DNA of 64,000 nt from a virus (IMGVR_UViG_2713896909_000009:32673-96672); one strand, 5' to 3'; positions 22,302-32,418 are shown, counted from the first letter of the stretch. Notes: generated by a model from the sequence alone, not told the origin. Numbers and translations: made by a program.

Positions 22302-23090
22302 ATGCTGGAAAAAGACTACCAGTTATCCGCATATAAAAAATTGGCCGCAGCCGGTGGGATGAAAACACCTGGCGCCATAACATCGGCACGAAACAGTGCT
22401 AACACGGCAAAACAGCTTGCAGAAGAATTGATCGGATTAATTTTGGATACAATTGTCTATCCCGACACTATTACCAGCTATGTTTCAACGATCAGAACAA
22501 CCACAACCGGCTTAACGAACATTGGAGAACTGGCAACTAAGCACGCGGACCTGTTGGCTGGTTATGCAGATCTGTCAATGCTGCTTCAACTCAATATTGG
22601 TTGGGATGTTTACTGCCGTGCTAATGAGCGAGAAGTATCAGAACTGCCGATCTCTATTGCCATTGGTGATGTGACTATTACTAAATCGCTTGAGGACGCT
22701 GTAAACGCGCTTAATACATCAAGTTTAGTCACTGCTATGGGGGAGATTAACCAGACCCTTAACACTGGCTCAGGAAGCTCGTCAGGCTCTGGTTCAGGCG
22801 GCGGCACTGCCACTCCCCCACCAGCACTAACAGAAGAGCAAATTGAATCTCTGAAAGTAGCAACTGAACAGTTTGGGGTTGTTTTCAACCAGACAACAGC
22901 GCCCACAACTGCGTTACAACAGCAGTATGAACGAGCGAATGAAAGCGCCAACGTAGCCATAACTGCTTATAACCATGCTATCGGTACCGCGCTTGCGGAA
23001 GCATCAGCAAATAAGGCCAGCACAGCCAGCGCAGTCGCCGCTTTGGTTCCTGATTCTGTTCTTGATGAATTAAACAAAGCGGCACGGTAA
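22302..23090 (+). CDS. hypothetical protein with Gly/Ser-rich linker
   Basis: AGGAG 7 nt upstream of ATG 22302; SGSSSGSGSGGG linker; no catalytic motif seen. Confidence 0.5.
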   Translation: MLEKDYQLSAYKKLAAAGGMKTPGAITSARNSANTAKQLAEELIGLILDTIVYPDTITSYVSTIRTTTTGLTNIGELATKHADLLAGYADLSMLLQLNIGWDVYCRANEREVSELPISIAIGDVTITKSLEDAVNALNTSSLVTAMGEINQTLNTGSGSSSGSGSGGGTATPPPALTEEQIESLKVATEQFGVVFNQTTAPTTALQQQYERANESANVAITAYNHAIGTALAEASANKASTASAVAALVPDSVLDELNKAAR

Positions 23091-23129
23091 CAAAGGACTT
23101 CATTGATAATTTTTCTTCAGGAGGAAGAC

Positions 23130-23552
23130 ATGTCATTCTTTTCTACGTTAAAAACAGCTTTGTCTTTGAAGGAGAAACTTGCTGCTACTGGTGTTCTTGT
23201 TCTGATTTGCGCACTTGTTGGTGCTGGGTTTGCATGGGAACGTCATCAGCTAAAGCAAGCCATGGAGAAAATTGGCAGTCTTGATCAGGCTGTTAAGGAA
23301 CGTGATAAGTCAATAATGGATCTTAACCAGACCATTGAGACGATGAACAAAGCAGAGCAACATTTTCACAGCCAGGCAGTGAAAAATGAATCAGAACAAG
23401 CCAAGTATGCTGACAGGCAAATGGAACGAAAAGCTGAAGTTCAGAAACAACTTGTTGCGGCGGGTAATGTTCGCCAGCGCATTCCTGCTGACACTCAGCG
23501 GTTGCTCCGGGAGTCGATCAGCGAATTTAACGCCGACGCCGACAAAGATTAA
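23130..23552 (+). CDS. Rz-like inner-membrane spanin
   Basis: AGGAGG upstream, N-terminal TM helix (LVLICALVGAGFAW) followed by coiled coil; embedded lipoprotein ORF in +1 frame. Confidence 0.55.
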   Translation: MSFFSTLKTALSLKEKLAATGVLVLICALVGAGFAWERHQLKQAMEKIGSLDQAVKERDKSIMDLNQTIETMNKAEQHFHSQAVKNESEQAKYADRQMERKAEVQKQLVAAGNVRQRIPADTQRLLRESISEFNADADKD

Positions 23553-23718
23553 TCACCCTGCCCCCAAAAGTGCGTTTATGTGCAGGATGCCAGAGTTTAG
23601 CAGTGAATATTTTGATGATCTGCCAGCCTATATCCTCGATACAGAAACGATGTTGATGGGGATTAACAGGAAGAATCGCAACGTTAATGATTACAACCGC
23701 GCTATCAGCGGTAACTAA
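23467..23718 (+). CDS. Rz1-like outer-membrane lipoprotein spanin (overlapping Rz)
   Basis: Lipobox LLTLSGC then Pro-rich segment LTPTPTKINHPAPK; begins inside Rz in another frame and extends past its stop. Confidence 0.45.
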   Translation: MFASAFLLTLSGCSGSRSANLTPTPTKINHPAPKSAFMCRMPEFSSEYFDDLPAYILDTETMLMGINRKNRNVNDYNRAISGN

Positions 23719-23729
23719 AAGGGATTTTT

Positions 23730-24122
23730 ATGTCTGATAAAGTAACAGTAAAGCAAACTATCAACAAAGCGACTTCAATCTACAAAATTGAGCACATCAC
23801 AGTTGGCAAGCCAGGATCTGAACAATACCGTCATGCTTTCGAGCTTGCCGATCAGCTTGGTTTAAAACACCCGGATTGCATCGAGCATGTATTTCCGACC
23901 TATGCTGATGAGCAATGTACTCATGTTCTTACCGAAGAGGATTTTTTCAGCACTGAAGAACGAGAAGGCGTTGATCGCTGCATTGGTGTGATTTGTTCTT
24001 CGGTAAGTGATGAGTTATTCCCTAATGTGCCTGAATATGGTGGTATTGGATACCAATTCCTGTACGGGGGCGATGAGCTTAAATGCTATGAACATGGTCT
24101 TCTCATCGAAAGCGTAGAATAA
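23730..24122 (+). CDS. hypothetical protein
   Basis: 130-aa ORF directly upstream of the replication origin. Confidence 0.45.
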   Translation: MSDKVTVKQTINKATSIYKIEHITVGKPGSEQYRHAFELADQLGLKHPDCIEHVFPTYADEQCTHVLTEEDFFSTEEREGVDRCIGVICSSVSDELFPNVPEYGGIGYQFLYGGDELKCYEHGLLIESVE

Positions 24123-24159
24123 TACAGCTTCCTTCCAACCGGCTTTGTTGGCCGGTTTA

Positions 24160-24250
24160 TTCAACTTATCCACAGCATAGATCCAATAAACAGATCCAAA
24201 AGAGAACCCTAGAAGATCCAAATAAGATCCCGGATCGCTGCAGGCCGCGC
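24160..24250. promoter_or_regulatory. origin-associated DnaA box and GATC cluster
   Basis: TTATCCACA at 24164-24172 followed by five GATC sites within about 80 bp (AGATCCA-type repeats), as in the P1 oriR layout. Confidence 0.6.
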
Positions 24251-24276
24251 CATGTCTGGCCTGAAACGTGATCAAC

Positions 24277-24383
24277 ATTGACTATATGCGATTTTATGTT
24301 GACTGTACACGATTTATTGTTGACTACACGCGATTTTATGTTGACTATACGCGATATAAACATTGACTGTACGCGATTTTAAA
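24277..24383. repeat. incC-like iterons (five direct repeats, about 21-bp spacing)
   Basis: TTGACT(A/G)TAC(A/G)CGATTTTA-like units starting near 24279, 24299, 24320, 24341, 24363. Confidence 0.7.
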
Positions 24384-24457
24384 GCCTGAATATTCACAGC
24401 TGTTGATAACAGCCATCCAAATTGACGTCAGGTCGCGCCACACATGGAGAAACTACG

Positions 24458-25342
24458 ATGCCGGAAGAAAGTAAAGGCTTCCTTAGCGTTGAAGAAGTTG
24501 CAGGAAATACAGGAGAAATCCACAGCCTGAAGCCCAATAACAACAGCACTATACAACCCATTGCTTTGTTGCGTTTAGGTGTGTTTGTGCCAACCTTAAA
24601 ATCTACCAATGTGGCGCTACGTCGCGGATCGTCAGTTACAACAAACACAACGAACGCAACCGAAGAACTATCAAGCCTCAAAATTGTTGAGCAGGAAGGC
24701 TATGAGGGAATTGAAATTCATGGTCCACGCTTGGATATGGATACTGATTTTAAGGTGTGGGTGGGCATAACCTCCGCGTTGTTTGACTACGCACCTGATG
24801 ATGACGGTATAATCACCCTGCCATTCTCCGAGTTTGCCGATCGATGCGGCTATCCACGTAAGCGCCTTTCAAAGGCGTTCCGTAAAAGTATTGATGACTC
24901 TCTGACACGCATTCAGCAGACAGTTGTCAAATTCCGCTTCCCGGCGGCAAAAGGTCATCTCAATAACATTAACGTCAACTTGTTGGCATATAGCAGCCTG
25001 AATACCGAGCTTGATGTTATCGAGATCCAGCCGCAGAAACAGCTATCTGAACTTTACTATGTTGACTATAAGCGAATCCTGAAGCTGAAGATGCTGGATA
25101 AGCTCGGGCGCAAAGAGACGGCCAAGGTACTGTATACATTCTTTGAGGCTCTACCCGCCAACCCGGCACCTGTCAGCATTGAGCGCCTTAGAGCAAGGCT
25201 TAATCTCAAATCATCCGTTAGCGTGCAAAATAGCGTTATCAGAAAAGCCATGAAAGATTTGGAAGCTATTGAATATCTTAAATTTTCAGAGATAAAAAAC
25301 GGCAGGAAAATCGGCTTCCAGATCCATAAGCGCAATCCATAA
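24458..25342 (+). CDS. repA: plasmid replication initiator RepA (P1 RepA family)
   Basis: QPIALLRLGVFVP and GPRLDMDTDFK resemble P1 RepA; flanked by iterons on both sides; GGAGA 7 nt before ATG 24458. Confidence 0.8.
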   Translation: MPEESKGFLSVEEVAGNTGEIHSLKPNNNSTIQPIALLRLGVFVPTLKSTNVALRRGSSVTTNTTNATEELSSLKIVEQEGYEGIEIHGPRLDMDTDFKVWVGITSALFDYAPDDDGIITLPFSEFADRCGYPRKRLSKAFRKSIDDSLTRIQQTVVKFRFPAAKGHLNNINVNLLAYSSLNTELDVIEIQPQKQLSELYYVDYKRILKLKMLDKLGRKETAKVLYTFFEALPANPAPVSIERLRARLNLKSSVSVQNSVIRKAMKDLEAIEYLKFSEIKNGRKIGFQIHKRNP

Positions 25343-25343
25343 T

Positions 25344-25605
25344 ATTGACTATATGCGATAGCGAGAAGTTGACTATAGACGACATTCGTTGACGCTGGTG
25401 GATTTTTGCTGGCGTCAATATTCTGCAAGTCGCTATTGAGATGGCTTTTAGGGTCATTTCATCGCGTATAGTCAACGTTTCTCCCGACAATATCTTACAT
25501 AGTCGATCTTTGGTGGAGTTAAATCGATTACAGTCAACTTTTGACTGTAGTCACATCGCGCATAGTCAACTATTCACATTAACCTTCGCGCATAGTCAAC
25601 ATTTG
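25344..25605. repeat. incA-like iteron array (copy-control repeats, both orientations)
   Basis: Eight or more copies of the same TTGACTATA(G/C)CG core in direct and inverted orientation. Confidence 0.65.
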
Positions 25606-25634
25606 CGCGGTTCTCATCAAGCAGTGGTATTGAT

Positions 25635-26444
25635 ATGCAAGAAGAGAAACAACACTACCTCTACGTTCTGGTGCCGGAGAACGGAGATACTTTTAAAATC
25701 GGCATTTCATGTGGTCCATTGGCACGGTTTAAAGGGCTACAAGTGAGTCCCGATTTTGCGCTTTCACGGGTCTATCGTGGTACGCGTTTGGCAATGGTTA
25801 ATCTTGAGCGGGCTTTACACGCAACCTTTTTCCCCTGGAATGCGCCGTGGGAGAAAAGCGCCGGTGGCGGGCATGCTGAATGGTTTACACGAGAGTGTCT
25901 TGATAAGGTTTTGGCTCATATCGAATATCTAAATGATATGTGGGGAGTGATTCTCGAGCGCATTAAGTCGAATGATTTACTTCAGCGTCCAGTAGATGCT
26001 GCTCGCTCTTTCGAAAAAGAACTGGATGTTACTTCTATCGTGACTTTCAAAGATGACGCAGGAATGAGGGACGTGGCTTATGTCTCCATATCTGGCTATG
26101 ACCCGGACGCGATCCGCGCTCAATGTGAATTGCTGAAAGCAATGTTTATGCTTCGGACTAAATATCCCTGGGAGACAGGGCGGGTGTGCTTCCCTATGGA
26201 AGAGTTAACCGCCACCATTGATTCCCAGCTTTACCACGATAATCCAGAGAAGTTTTTTAGCCTTTTAACCGGTAATGGGCTTAACTGTGTGTCCGGGCTG
26301 GGGCGAAGTAGAATCCAACATGCCTCGCTCTTCGGTCCCTTCTTTTACGATCGACACGGGTACTTTGAGGCTGAACTTCCGGCGCTTACGCGTGCTATAG
26401 ATACTATCGATTTCGAACGATTATTCGCTGCTCTTAGCAAATAA
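25635..26444 (+). CDS. T5orf172-domain (GIY-YIG-like) protein with uncharacterised C-terminal domain
   Basis: YLYVLVPENGDTFKIGIS ... RFKGL ... LERALHATF ... GHAEWF fits the T5orf172 pattern; sits between incA and the parA promoter. Confidence 0.65.
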   Translation: MQEEKQHYLYVLVPENGDTFKIGISCGPLARFKGLQVSPDFALSRVYRGTRLAMVNLERALHATFFPWNAPWEKSAGGGHAEWFTRECLDKVLAHIEYLNDMWGVILERIKSNDLLQRPVDAARSFEKELDVTSIVTFKDDAGMRDVAYVSISGYDPDAIRAQCELLKAMFMLRTKYPWETGRVCFPMEELTATIDSQLYHDNPEKFFSLLTGNGLNCVSGLGRSRIQHASLFGPFFYDRHGYFEAELPALTRAIDTIDFERLFAALSK

Positions 26445-26612
26445 CACTGATGCCCCTGAACGGGGCTTTTTTGTGCCCTCCTTGCAACGCTCAATCGTGC
26501 AAAATGAACTAAACATGCAGAGAATACTATGTACAAGCATCTACGCATACATTATTATTTTATGTAGCATTTTTAATTAAATTCAAAAATACAGCATAAA
26601 GGATGACTTTCG

Positions 26613-27809
26613 ATGAGTGATTCCAGCCAGCTTCACAAGGTTGCTCAAAGAGCAAACAGAATGCTCAATGTTCTGACTGAACAAGTACAGTTGCAAAAGG
26701 ATGAGCTACACGCGAACGAGTTTTACCAGGTCTATGCGAAAGCGGCACTGGCAAAATTGCCTCTACTGACTCGAGCGAACGTTGACTATGCCGTAAGTGA
26801 AATGGAAGAAAAGGGTTATGTTTTCGATAAACGCCCTGCTGGCTCTTCAATGAAATATGCGATGTCAATTCAGAACATCATTGACATATATGAACATCGC
26901 GGAGTGCCAAAATACCGGGATCGCTACAGCGAAGCGTATGTGATTTTCATCTCCAATCTTAAAGGCGGTGTGTCAAAAACTGTATCGACGGTTTCTCTGG
27001 CGCATGCAATGCGTGCTCACCCTCATCTTCTGATGGAAGATTTAAGGATTCTGGTTATTGACCTTGATCCGCAATCTTCAGCAACGATGTTTTTAAGCCA
27101 TAAACACTCTATTGGTATCGTAAACGCAACATCTGCACAGGCTATGTTGCAGAATGTAAGCCGTGAAGAGCTGTTAGAGGAGTTTATTGTTCCTTCTGTT
27201 GTACCTGGGGTTGACGTTATGCCTGCGTCGATTGACGATGCCTTTATTGCATCCGATTGGAGAGAGCTATGCAATGAGCATCTACCGGGTCAGAACATCC
27301 ATGCAGTCCTGAAAGAAAATGTGATTGATAAGCTCAAGAGCGATTATGACTTTATCCTTGTTGATAGTGGTCCTCACCTTGACGCCTTCCTGAAAAATGC
27401 TTTGGCCTCGGCCAATATACTGTTTACACCTCTGCCACCAGCAACGGTCGATTTCCACTCATCGCTTAAATACGTTGCCCGCCTTCCTGAGTTGGTGAAA
27501 CTCATTTCGGATGAAGGCTGCGAGTGCCAGCTTGCGACTAACATTGGTTTTATGTCCAAGTTGAGTAACAAGGCAGACCATAAGTATTGCCATAGCCTGG
27601 CGAAAGAAGTTTTCGGTGGGGATATGCTCGATGTCGTCCTCCCTCGCCTTGATGGTTTCGAACGCTGCGGTGAGTCCTTTGACACTGTTATTTCTGCTAA
27701 TCCGGCAACGTATGTTGGTAGTGCTGACGCACTGAAGAACGCGCGCATCGCCGCTGAAGATTTTGCAAAAGCAGTTTTTGACCGTATTGAATTTATCAGA
27801 TCTAACTAA
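26613..27809 (+). CDS. parA: plasmid partition ATPase ParA (P1 type)
   Basis: 398 aa; deviant Walker A KGGVSKT; N-terminal HTH extension; matches P1 ParA as I recall it. Confidence 0.95.
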   Translation: MSDSSQLHKVAQRANRMLNVLTEQVQLQKDELHANEFYQVYAKAALAKLPLLTRANVDYAVSEMEEKGYVFDKRPAGSSMKYAMSIQNIIDIYEHRGVPKYRDRYSEAYVIFISNLKGGVSKTVSTVSLAHAMRAHPHLLMEDLRILVIDLDPQSSATMFLSHKHSIGIVNATSAQAMLQNVSREELLEEFIVPSVVPGVDVMPASIDDAFIASDWRELCNEHLPGQNIHAVLKENVIDKLKSDYDFILVDSGPHLDAFLKNALASANILFTPLPPATVDFHSSLKYVARLPELVKLISDEGCECQLATNIGFMSKLSNKADHKYCHSLAKEVFGGDMLDVVLPRLDGFERCGESFDTVISANPATYVGSADALKNARIAAEDFAKAVFDRIEFIRSN

Positions 27810-27825
27810 GGAGTAAGAAAACGCC

Positions 27826-28827
27826 ATGTCAAAGAAAAACAGACCAACAATTGGGCGAACCCTTAATCCTTCAGTATTAAGCGCATTTGATAGTTCCTCT
27901 ACCTCTGGTGATCGGGTTGAGCAGGTATTCAAGCTATCAACAGGTCTCCAGGCCACATTCATTGAGGAGGTAATCCCTCCGAACCGGGTAGAAGGTGATA
28001 CCTTTGTTGATCAGCATAACAACGGACGTGATCAGGCAGCTCTTACACCAAAATCATTAAAAAGCATCAGAAGCACCATTAAGCATCAGCAATTTTATCC
28101 AGCAATAGGTGTTAGACGGGCTACAGGAAAAATTGAAATTTTGGATGGTTCCCGGCGTCGAGCTTCGGCCATCTTAGAGCACGTTGGATTGCGGGTTTTA
28201 GTCACGGATCAGGATATCAGCGTTCAGGAAGCGCAAAATTTAGCGAAAGACCTTCAGACAGCATTGCAGCATAGCATTCGAGAAATAGGTCTGCGTTTGA
28301 TGCGAATGAAAAATGATGGAATGAGTCAGAAGGATATTGCCGCTAAAGAAGGTCTATCTCAGGCGAAGGTCACGCGTGCTCTTCAGGCTGCGAGCGCTCC
28401 GGAAGAATTAGTCGCTCTTTTCCCTGTGCAGTCGGAATTAACCTTTTCGGACTACAAAACGCTTTGCGCTGTTGGCGATGAAATGGGGAATAAGGATTTA
28501 GAGTTTGATCAGCTTATTCAAAACATATCCCAGGAAATAAACGACATCTTATCCATTGAAGAAATGGCCGAAGATGAAGTGAAAAATAAAATCCTTCGCC
28601 TGATAACAAAGGAAGCCTCGTTACTCACGGATAAAGGCTCTAAAGATAAGTCTGTAGTTACTGAATTATGGAAATTTGAGGATAAAGATCGTTTCGCAAG
28701 GAAGCGTGTGAAAGGCCGTACCTTTTCCTATGAGTTTAATCGTCTCTCCAAAGAGTTACAGGAAGAACTTGACAGGATGATTGGGCATATCCTTAGAAAG
28801 AGCCTCGATAAAAAGCCGAAGCCTTAA
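27826..28827 (+). CDS. parB: plasmid partition protein ParB (P1 type)
   Basis: 333 aa; ParB-box region GKIEILDGSRRRAS; matches P1 ParB as I recall it. Confidence 0.95.
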   Translation: MSKKNRPTIGRTLNPSVLSAFDSSSTSGDRVEQVFKLSTGLQATFIEEVIPPNRVEGDTFVDQHNNGRDQAALTPKSLKSIRSTIKHQQFYPAIGVRRATGKIEILDGSRRRASAILEHVGLRVLVTDQDISVQEAQNLAKDLQTALQHSIREIGLRLMRMKNDGMSQKDIAAKEGLSQAKVTRALQAASAPEELVALFPVQSELTFSDYKTLCAVGDEMGNKDLEFDQLIQNISQEINDILSIEEMAEDEVKNKILRLITKEASLLTDKGSKDKSVVTELWKFEDKDRFARKRVKGRTFSYEFNRLSKELQEELDRMIGHILRKSLDKKPKP

Positions 28828-28828
28828 A

Positions 28829-28920
28829 CTTTCGCCATTGAAATTTCATTTGTAACCATCTGTTTTTAAAGTAAATTCATCTAAAATTTCAAGGTGAAAT
28901 CGCCACGATTTCACCTTGGA
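28829..28920. promoter_or_regulatory. partition site parS
   Basis: Box A heptamers (ATTTCAC) and box B hexamers (TCGCCA): TCGCCATTGAAATTTCA ... GTGAAATCGCCACGATTTCACC, just downstream of parB. Confidence 0.7.
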
Positions 28921-29052
28921 TTTTACCCTCCTCCCCTATCCCTACAAAAAATAAAAAAATTACTTTTCGCGAGAAAGTCAACAAGTGACTTTTAATAAAA
29001 TCTCTTCCGAAAAGGGATTCACACAAGTGCCTTGTGTTTAAGGAAGAGTAAC

Positions 29053-30759
29053 TTGAGTAACTTACGCGAATACCAGAATCGTATTGCAGATATCGCAAAA
29101 CGCTCTAAATCCGTTCTTGGCTGGACAAGCACTGCGCAGTTCGGCACCGATAATCAATTCATTAAAGATGATACCGCGCGTGCCGCATCTATCCTTGAGG
29201 CTGCTCGTAAAGACCCAATTTTTGCGGGTATCTCTGATAATGCCATCGCTCAAATCGCTACAGCGTGGGCAAGCGCACTGGCTGACTACGCTACAACACA
29301 TAAATCTATGCCGCGTCCGGAAATTCTGGCCTCCTGCCACCAGACGCTGGAAAACTGCCTGATTGAGTCCACCCGCAATAGCATGGATGCCACCAATAAA
29401 GCGATGTTGGAATCCGTCGCGGCAGAGATGATGAGTGTTTCTGACGGTGTTATGCGTCTGCCTTTATTCCTGGCGATGATCCTGCCTGTTCAGTTGGGGG
29501 CAGCTACCGCTGATGCGTGCACCTTCATTCCGGTTACGCGTGACCAGTCCGATATCTACGAAGTCTTTAACGTGGCGGGTTCCTCTTTTGGTTCTTATGC
29601 TGCTGGTGATGTTCTGGACATGCAATCCGTTGGTGTGTATAGCCAGCTGCGCCGCCGCTATGTACTGGTTGCAAGTTCCGACGGTACCAGCAAAACAGCG
29701 ACCTTCAAGATGGAAGACTTCGAGGGCCAGAATGTTCCGATCCGCAAAGGCCGTACAAATATCTATGTTAACCGTATTAAGTCTGTTGTTGATAACGGCT
29801 CCGGCTCATTGCTTCACTCGTTTACTAATGCTGCTGGTGAGCAAATCACTGTTACCTGCTCTCTGAACTACAACATTGGTCAGATTGCCCTGTCGTTCTC
29901 CAAAGCGCCGGATAAAGGCACCGAGATCGCAATTGAGACGGAAATCAATATTGAAGCCGCTCCTGAGCTGATCCCGCTGATTAACCACGAAATGAAGAAA
30001 TACACCCTGTTCCCCAGCCAGTTCGTTATTGCAGCTGAGCACACGGTACAGGCGGCGTATGAAGCACAGCGTGAATTTGGTCTTGACCTCGGTTCTCTAC
30101 AGTTCCGCACTCTGAAGGAATACCTGTCTCATGAACAGGATATGTTGCGTCTTCGCATCATGATCTGGCGTACTCTTGCGACAGACACATTTGACATCGC
30201 TCTACCGGTTAACCAGTCCTTTGATGTATGGGCAACCATCATTCGTGGCAAATTCCAGACTGTATATCGCGATATTATTGAGCGCGTTAAATCTTCTGGT
30301 GCGATGGGGATGTTTGCTGGTGCTGATGCAGCATCTTTCTTCAAACAGTTGCCGAAGGATTTCTTCCAGCCAGCAGAAGACTATATTCAGACTCCGTATG
30401 TTCACTACATCGGTACCCTGTTCGGTAACGTGAAAGTGTACGAAGTACCTGCTGGTATTTGTAAGAACTTAACGACAGAGAACATTCAGTTTAGCTCGAT
30501 GGATGTGCTGTGCTACGTCCGTGATGAAAACCCGGGCAAAGCAGGCTTTGTGACTGGTGATGCTGTCCCAGCTATCCCGTTCCAGCATCCGACTACTCCG
30601 GCGCTGGTCAACCGAACCACTCTGTGGGGTTCAGCTATCAACGATATGCACCCACGCAACGGCGCTGATTACTTCACCCGTGTAACTCTGACTATGGCCA
30701 AAAAAGGCGGGCTTAACTTCATAAGCGGCGACACGATTGATGCCGGTGACTCTGAGTAA
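29053..30759 (+). CDS. putative major capsid protein precursor (P1 gp23-like by position and size)
   Basis: About 62 kDa; AAGGAAG 6 nt before TTG 29053 (track start 29032); first gene after parS as I recall for P1 gene 23. Confidence 0.45.
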   Translation: MSNLREYQNRIADIAKRSKSVLGWTSTAQFGTDNQFIKDDTARAASILEAARKDPIFAGISDNAIAQIATAWASALADYATTHKSMPRPEILASCHQTLENCLIESTRNSMDATNKAMLESVAAEMMSVSDGVMRLPLFLAMILPVQLGAATADACTFIPVTRDQSDIYEVFNVAGSSFGSYAAGDVLDMQSVGVYSQLRRRYVLVASSDGTSKTATFKMEDFEGQNVPIRKGRTNIYVNRIKSVVDNGSGSLLHSFTNAAGEQITVTCSLNYNIGQIALSFSKAPDKGTEIAIETEINIEAAPELIPLINHEMKKYTLFPSQFVIAAEHTVQAAYEAQREFGLDLGSLQFRTLKEYLSHEQDMLRLRIMIWRTLATDTFDIALPVNQSFDVWATIIRGKFQTVYRDIIERVKSSGAMGMFAGADAASFFKQLPKDFFQPAEDYIQTPYVHYIGTLFGNVKVYEVPAGICKNLTTENIQFSSMDVLCYVRDENPGKAGFVTGDAVPAIPFQHPTTPALVNRTTLWGSAINDMHPRNGADYFTRVTLTMAKKGGLNFISGDTIDAGDSE

Positions 30760-30819
30760 TCAGGGGAAGTTCTCCGTTTAACATAGCGCCCCCGCGCGGG
30801 GCGCATAACAGGGAAAGTT

Positions 30820-32409
30820 ATGTCTCAATATTCAATTCAACAGTCATTAGGTAATGCATCCGGCGTCGCGGTTAGTCCGATTAATGCTGATGCAACGTTA
30901 TCTACCGGTGCTACATTGAATAGCAGCTTGTGGGCTGGTATTGGCGTATTTGCGCGTGGCAAGCCGTTTACTGTTCTTGCGGTTACTGAGTCCAATTACG
31001 AAGATGTTCTCGGCGAACCGCTGAAGCCGTCTTCCGGCTCACAGTTCGAACCAATTCGCCATGTATACGAAGCTATTCAGCAAACGTCTGGTTATGTTGT
31101 CCGTGCTGTTCCGGATGATGCGAAGTTCCCGATTATTATGTTCGATGAATCAGGCGAACCGGCTTACAGTGCGTTGCCATACGGTTCTGAAATTGAACTT
31201 GATAGCGGCGAAGCCTTTGCTATCTACGTTGATGATGGTGATCCGTGTATTTCACCTACCCGTGAGTTAACCATCGAAACGGCAACAGCGGACAGCGCAG
31301 GTAATGAACGCTTCCTCCTGAAACTGACCCAGACGACTTCGCTCGGCGTGGTAACGACCCTGGAGACACACACTGTGTCTTTGGCGGAAGAAGCGAAAGA
31401 TGATATGGGCCGCTTGTGTTATCTGCCTACGGCTCTGGAAGCCCGTTCTAAATATCTGCGCGCGGTTGTTAATGAAGAGCTGATTTCGACGGCGAAAGTA
31501 ACAAATAAAAAATCGCTGGCGTTCACTGGCGGTACCAACGGCGATCAGTCGAACATTTCCACTGCTGCTTACCTGCGTGCGGTGAAAGTGCTGAACAATG
31601 CGCCGTACATGTACACCGCTGTTCTCGGCCTGGGCTGCTATGACAATGCGGCTATCACCGCATTAGGTAAAATCTGTGCAGATCGCCTGATTGATGGCTT
31701 CTTTGATGTCAAACCGACATTAACGTACGCAGAAGCACTACCAGCTGTTGAGGATACCGGTTTACTTGGTACCGATTATGTAAGCTGTTCTGTCTATCAC
31801 TACCCGTTCTCCTGCAAAGACAAATGGACCCAATCCCGTGTGGTCTTTGGTCTGTCTGGCGTGGCGTATGCGGCGAAAGCTCGTGGCGTCAAGAAAAACT
31901 CTGATGTCGGCGGTTGGCATTACTCACCGGCTGGTGAAGAACGTGCCGTCATTGCTCGTGCGTCAATTCAACCGCTGTATCCGGAAGATACCCCGGACGA
32001 AGAAGCAATGGTCAAGGGCCGTCTCAATAAAGTATCTGTTGGCACCTCTGGCCAGATGATCATCGACGATGCTTTAACTTGCTGCACGCAGGATAACTAT
32101 CTGCACTTCCAGCACGTCCCATCCCTGATGAATGCAATCAGCCGTTTCTTTGTCCAGTTAGCCCGACAGATGAAGCATAGCCCGGACGGTATTACTGCGG
32201 CTGGCCTGACTAAAGGGATGACCAAACTTTTAGATCGCTTTGTCGCCTCCGGCGCTCTGGTGGCTCCTCGTGATCCTGATGCTGACGGTACAGAACCGTA
32301 TGTGCTGAAAGTTACGCAGGCGGAATTCGATAAATGGGAAGTAGTCTGGGCCTGCTGCCCGACTGGCGTAGCCCGTCGTATCCAGGGCGTACCGCTGCTT
32401 ATTAAGTAA
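30820..32409 (+). CDS. putative tail sheath protein (P1 gp22-like by position)
   Basis: 529-aa ORF between capsid and tube candidates; no sheath motif confirmed by eye. Confidence 0.35.
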   Translation: MSQYSIQQSLGNASGVAVSPINADATLSTGATLNSSLWAGIGVFARGKPFTVLAVTESNYEDVLGEPLKPSSGSQFEPIRHVYEAIQQTSGYVVRAVPDDAKFPIIMFDESGEPAYSALPYGSEIELDSGEAFAIYVDDGDPCISPTRELTIETATADSAGNERFLLKLTQTTSLGVVTTLETHTVSLAEEAKDDMGRLCYLPTALEARSKYLRAVVNEELISTAKVTNKKSLAFTGGTNGDQSNISTAAYLRAVKVLNNAPYMYTAVLGLGCYDNAAITALGKICADRLIDGFFDVKPTLTYAEALPAVEDTGLLGTDYVSCSVYHYPFSCKDKWTQSRVVFGLSGVAYAAKARGVKKNSDVGGWHYSPAGEERAVIARASIQPLYPEDTPDEEAMVKGRLNKVSVGTSGQMIIDDALTCCTQDNYLHFQHVPSLMNAISRFFVQLARQMKHSPDGITAAGLTKGMTKLLDRFVASGALVAPRDPDADGTEPYVLKVTQAEFDKWEVVWACCPTGVARRIQGVPLLIK

Positions 32410-32418
32410 GGGAATACA

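Noticed and set aside
24422-24457. Track start for repA 36 nt upstream of the chosen ATG
   Set aside because: GGAGA lies 7 nt before ATG 24458, and the extension would overlap the origin region
29032-29052. Track start (TTG at 29032) for the capsid-like gene
   Set aside because: A better-placed Shine-Dalgarno (AAGGAAG) precedes the in-frame TTG at 29053; upstream extension gives an odd MCLRKSNL N-terminus
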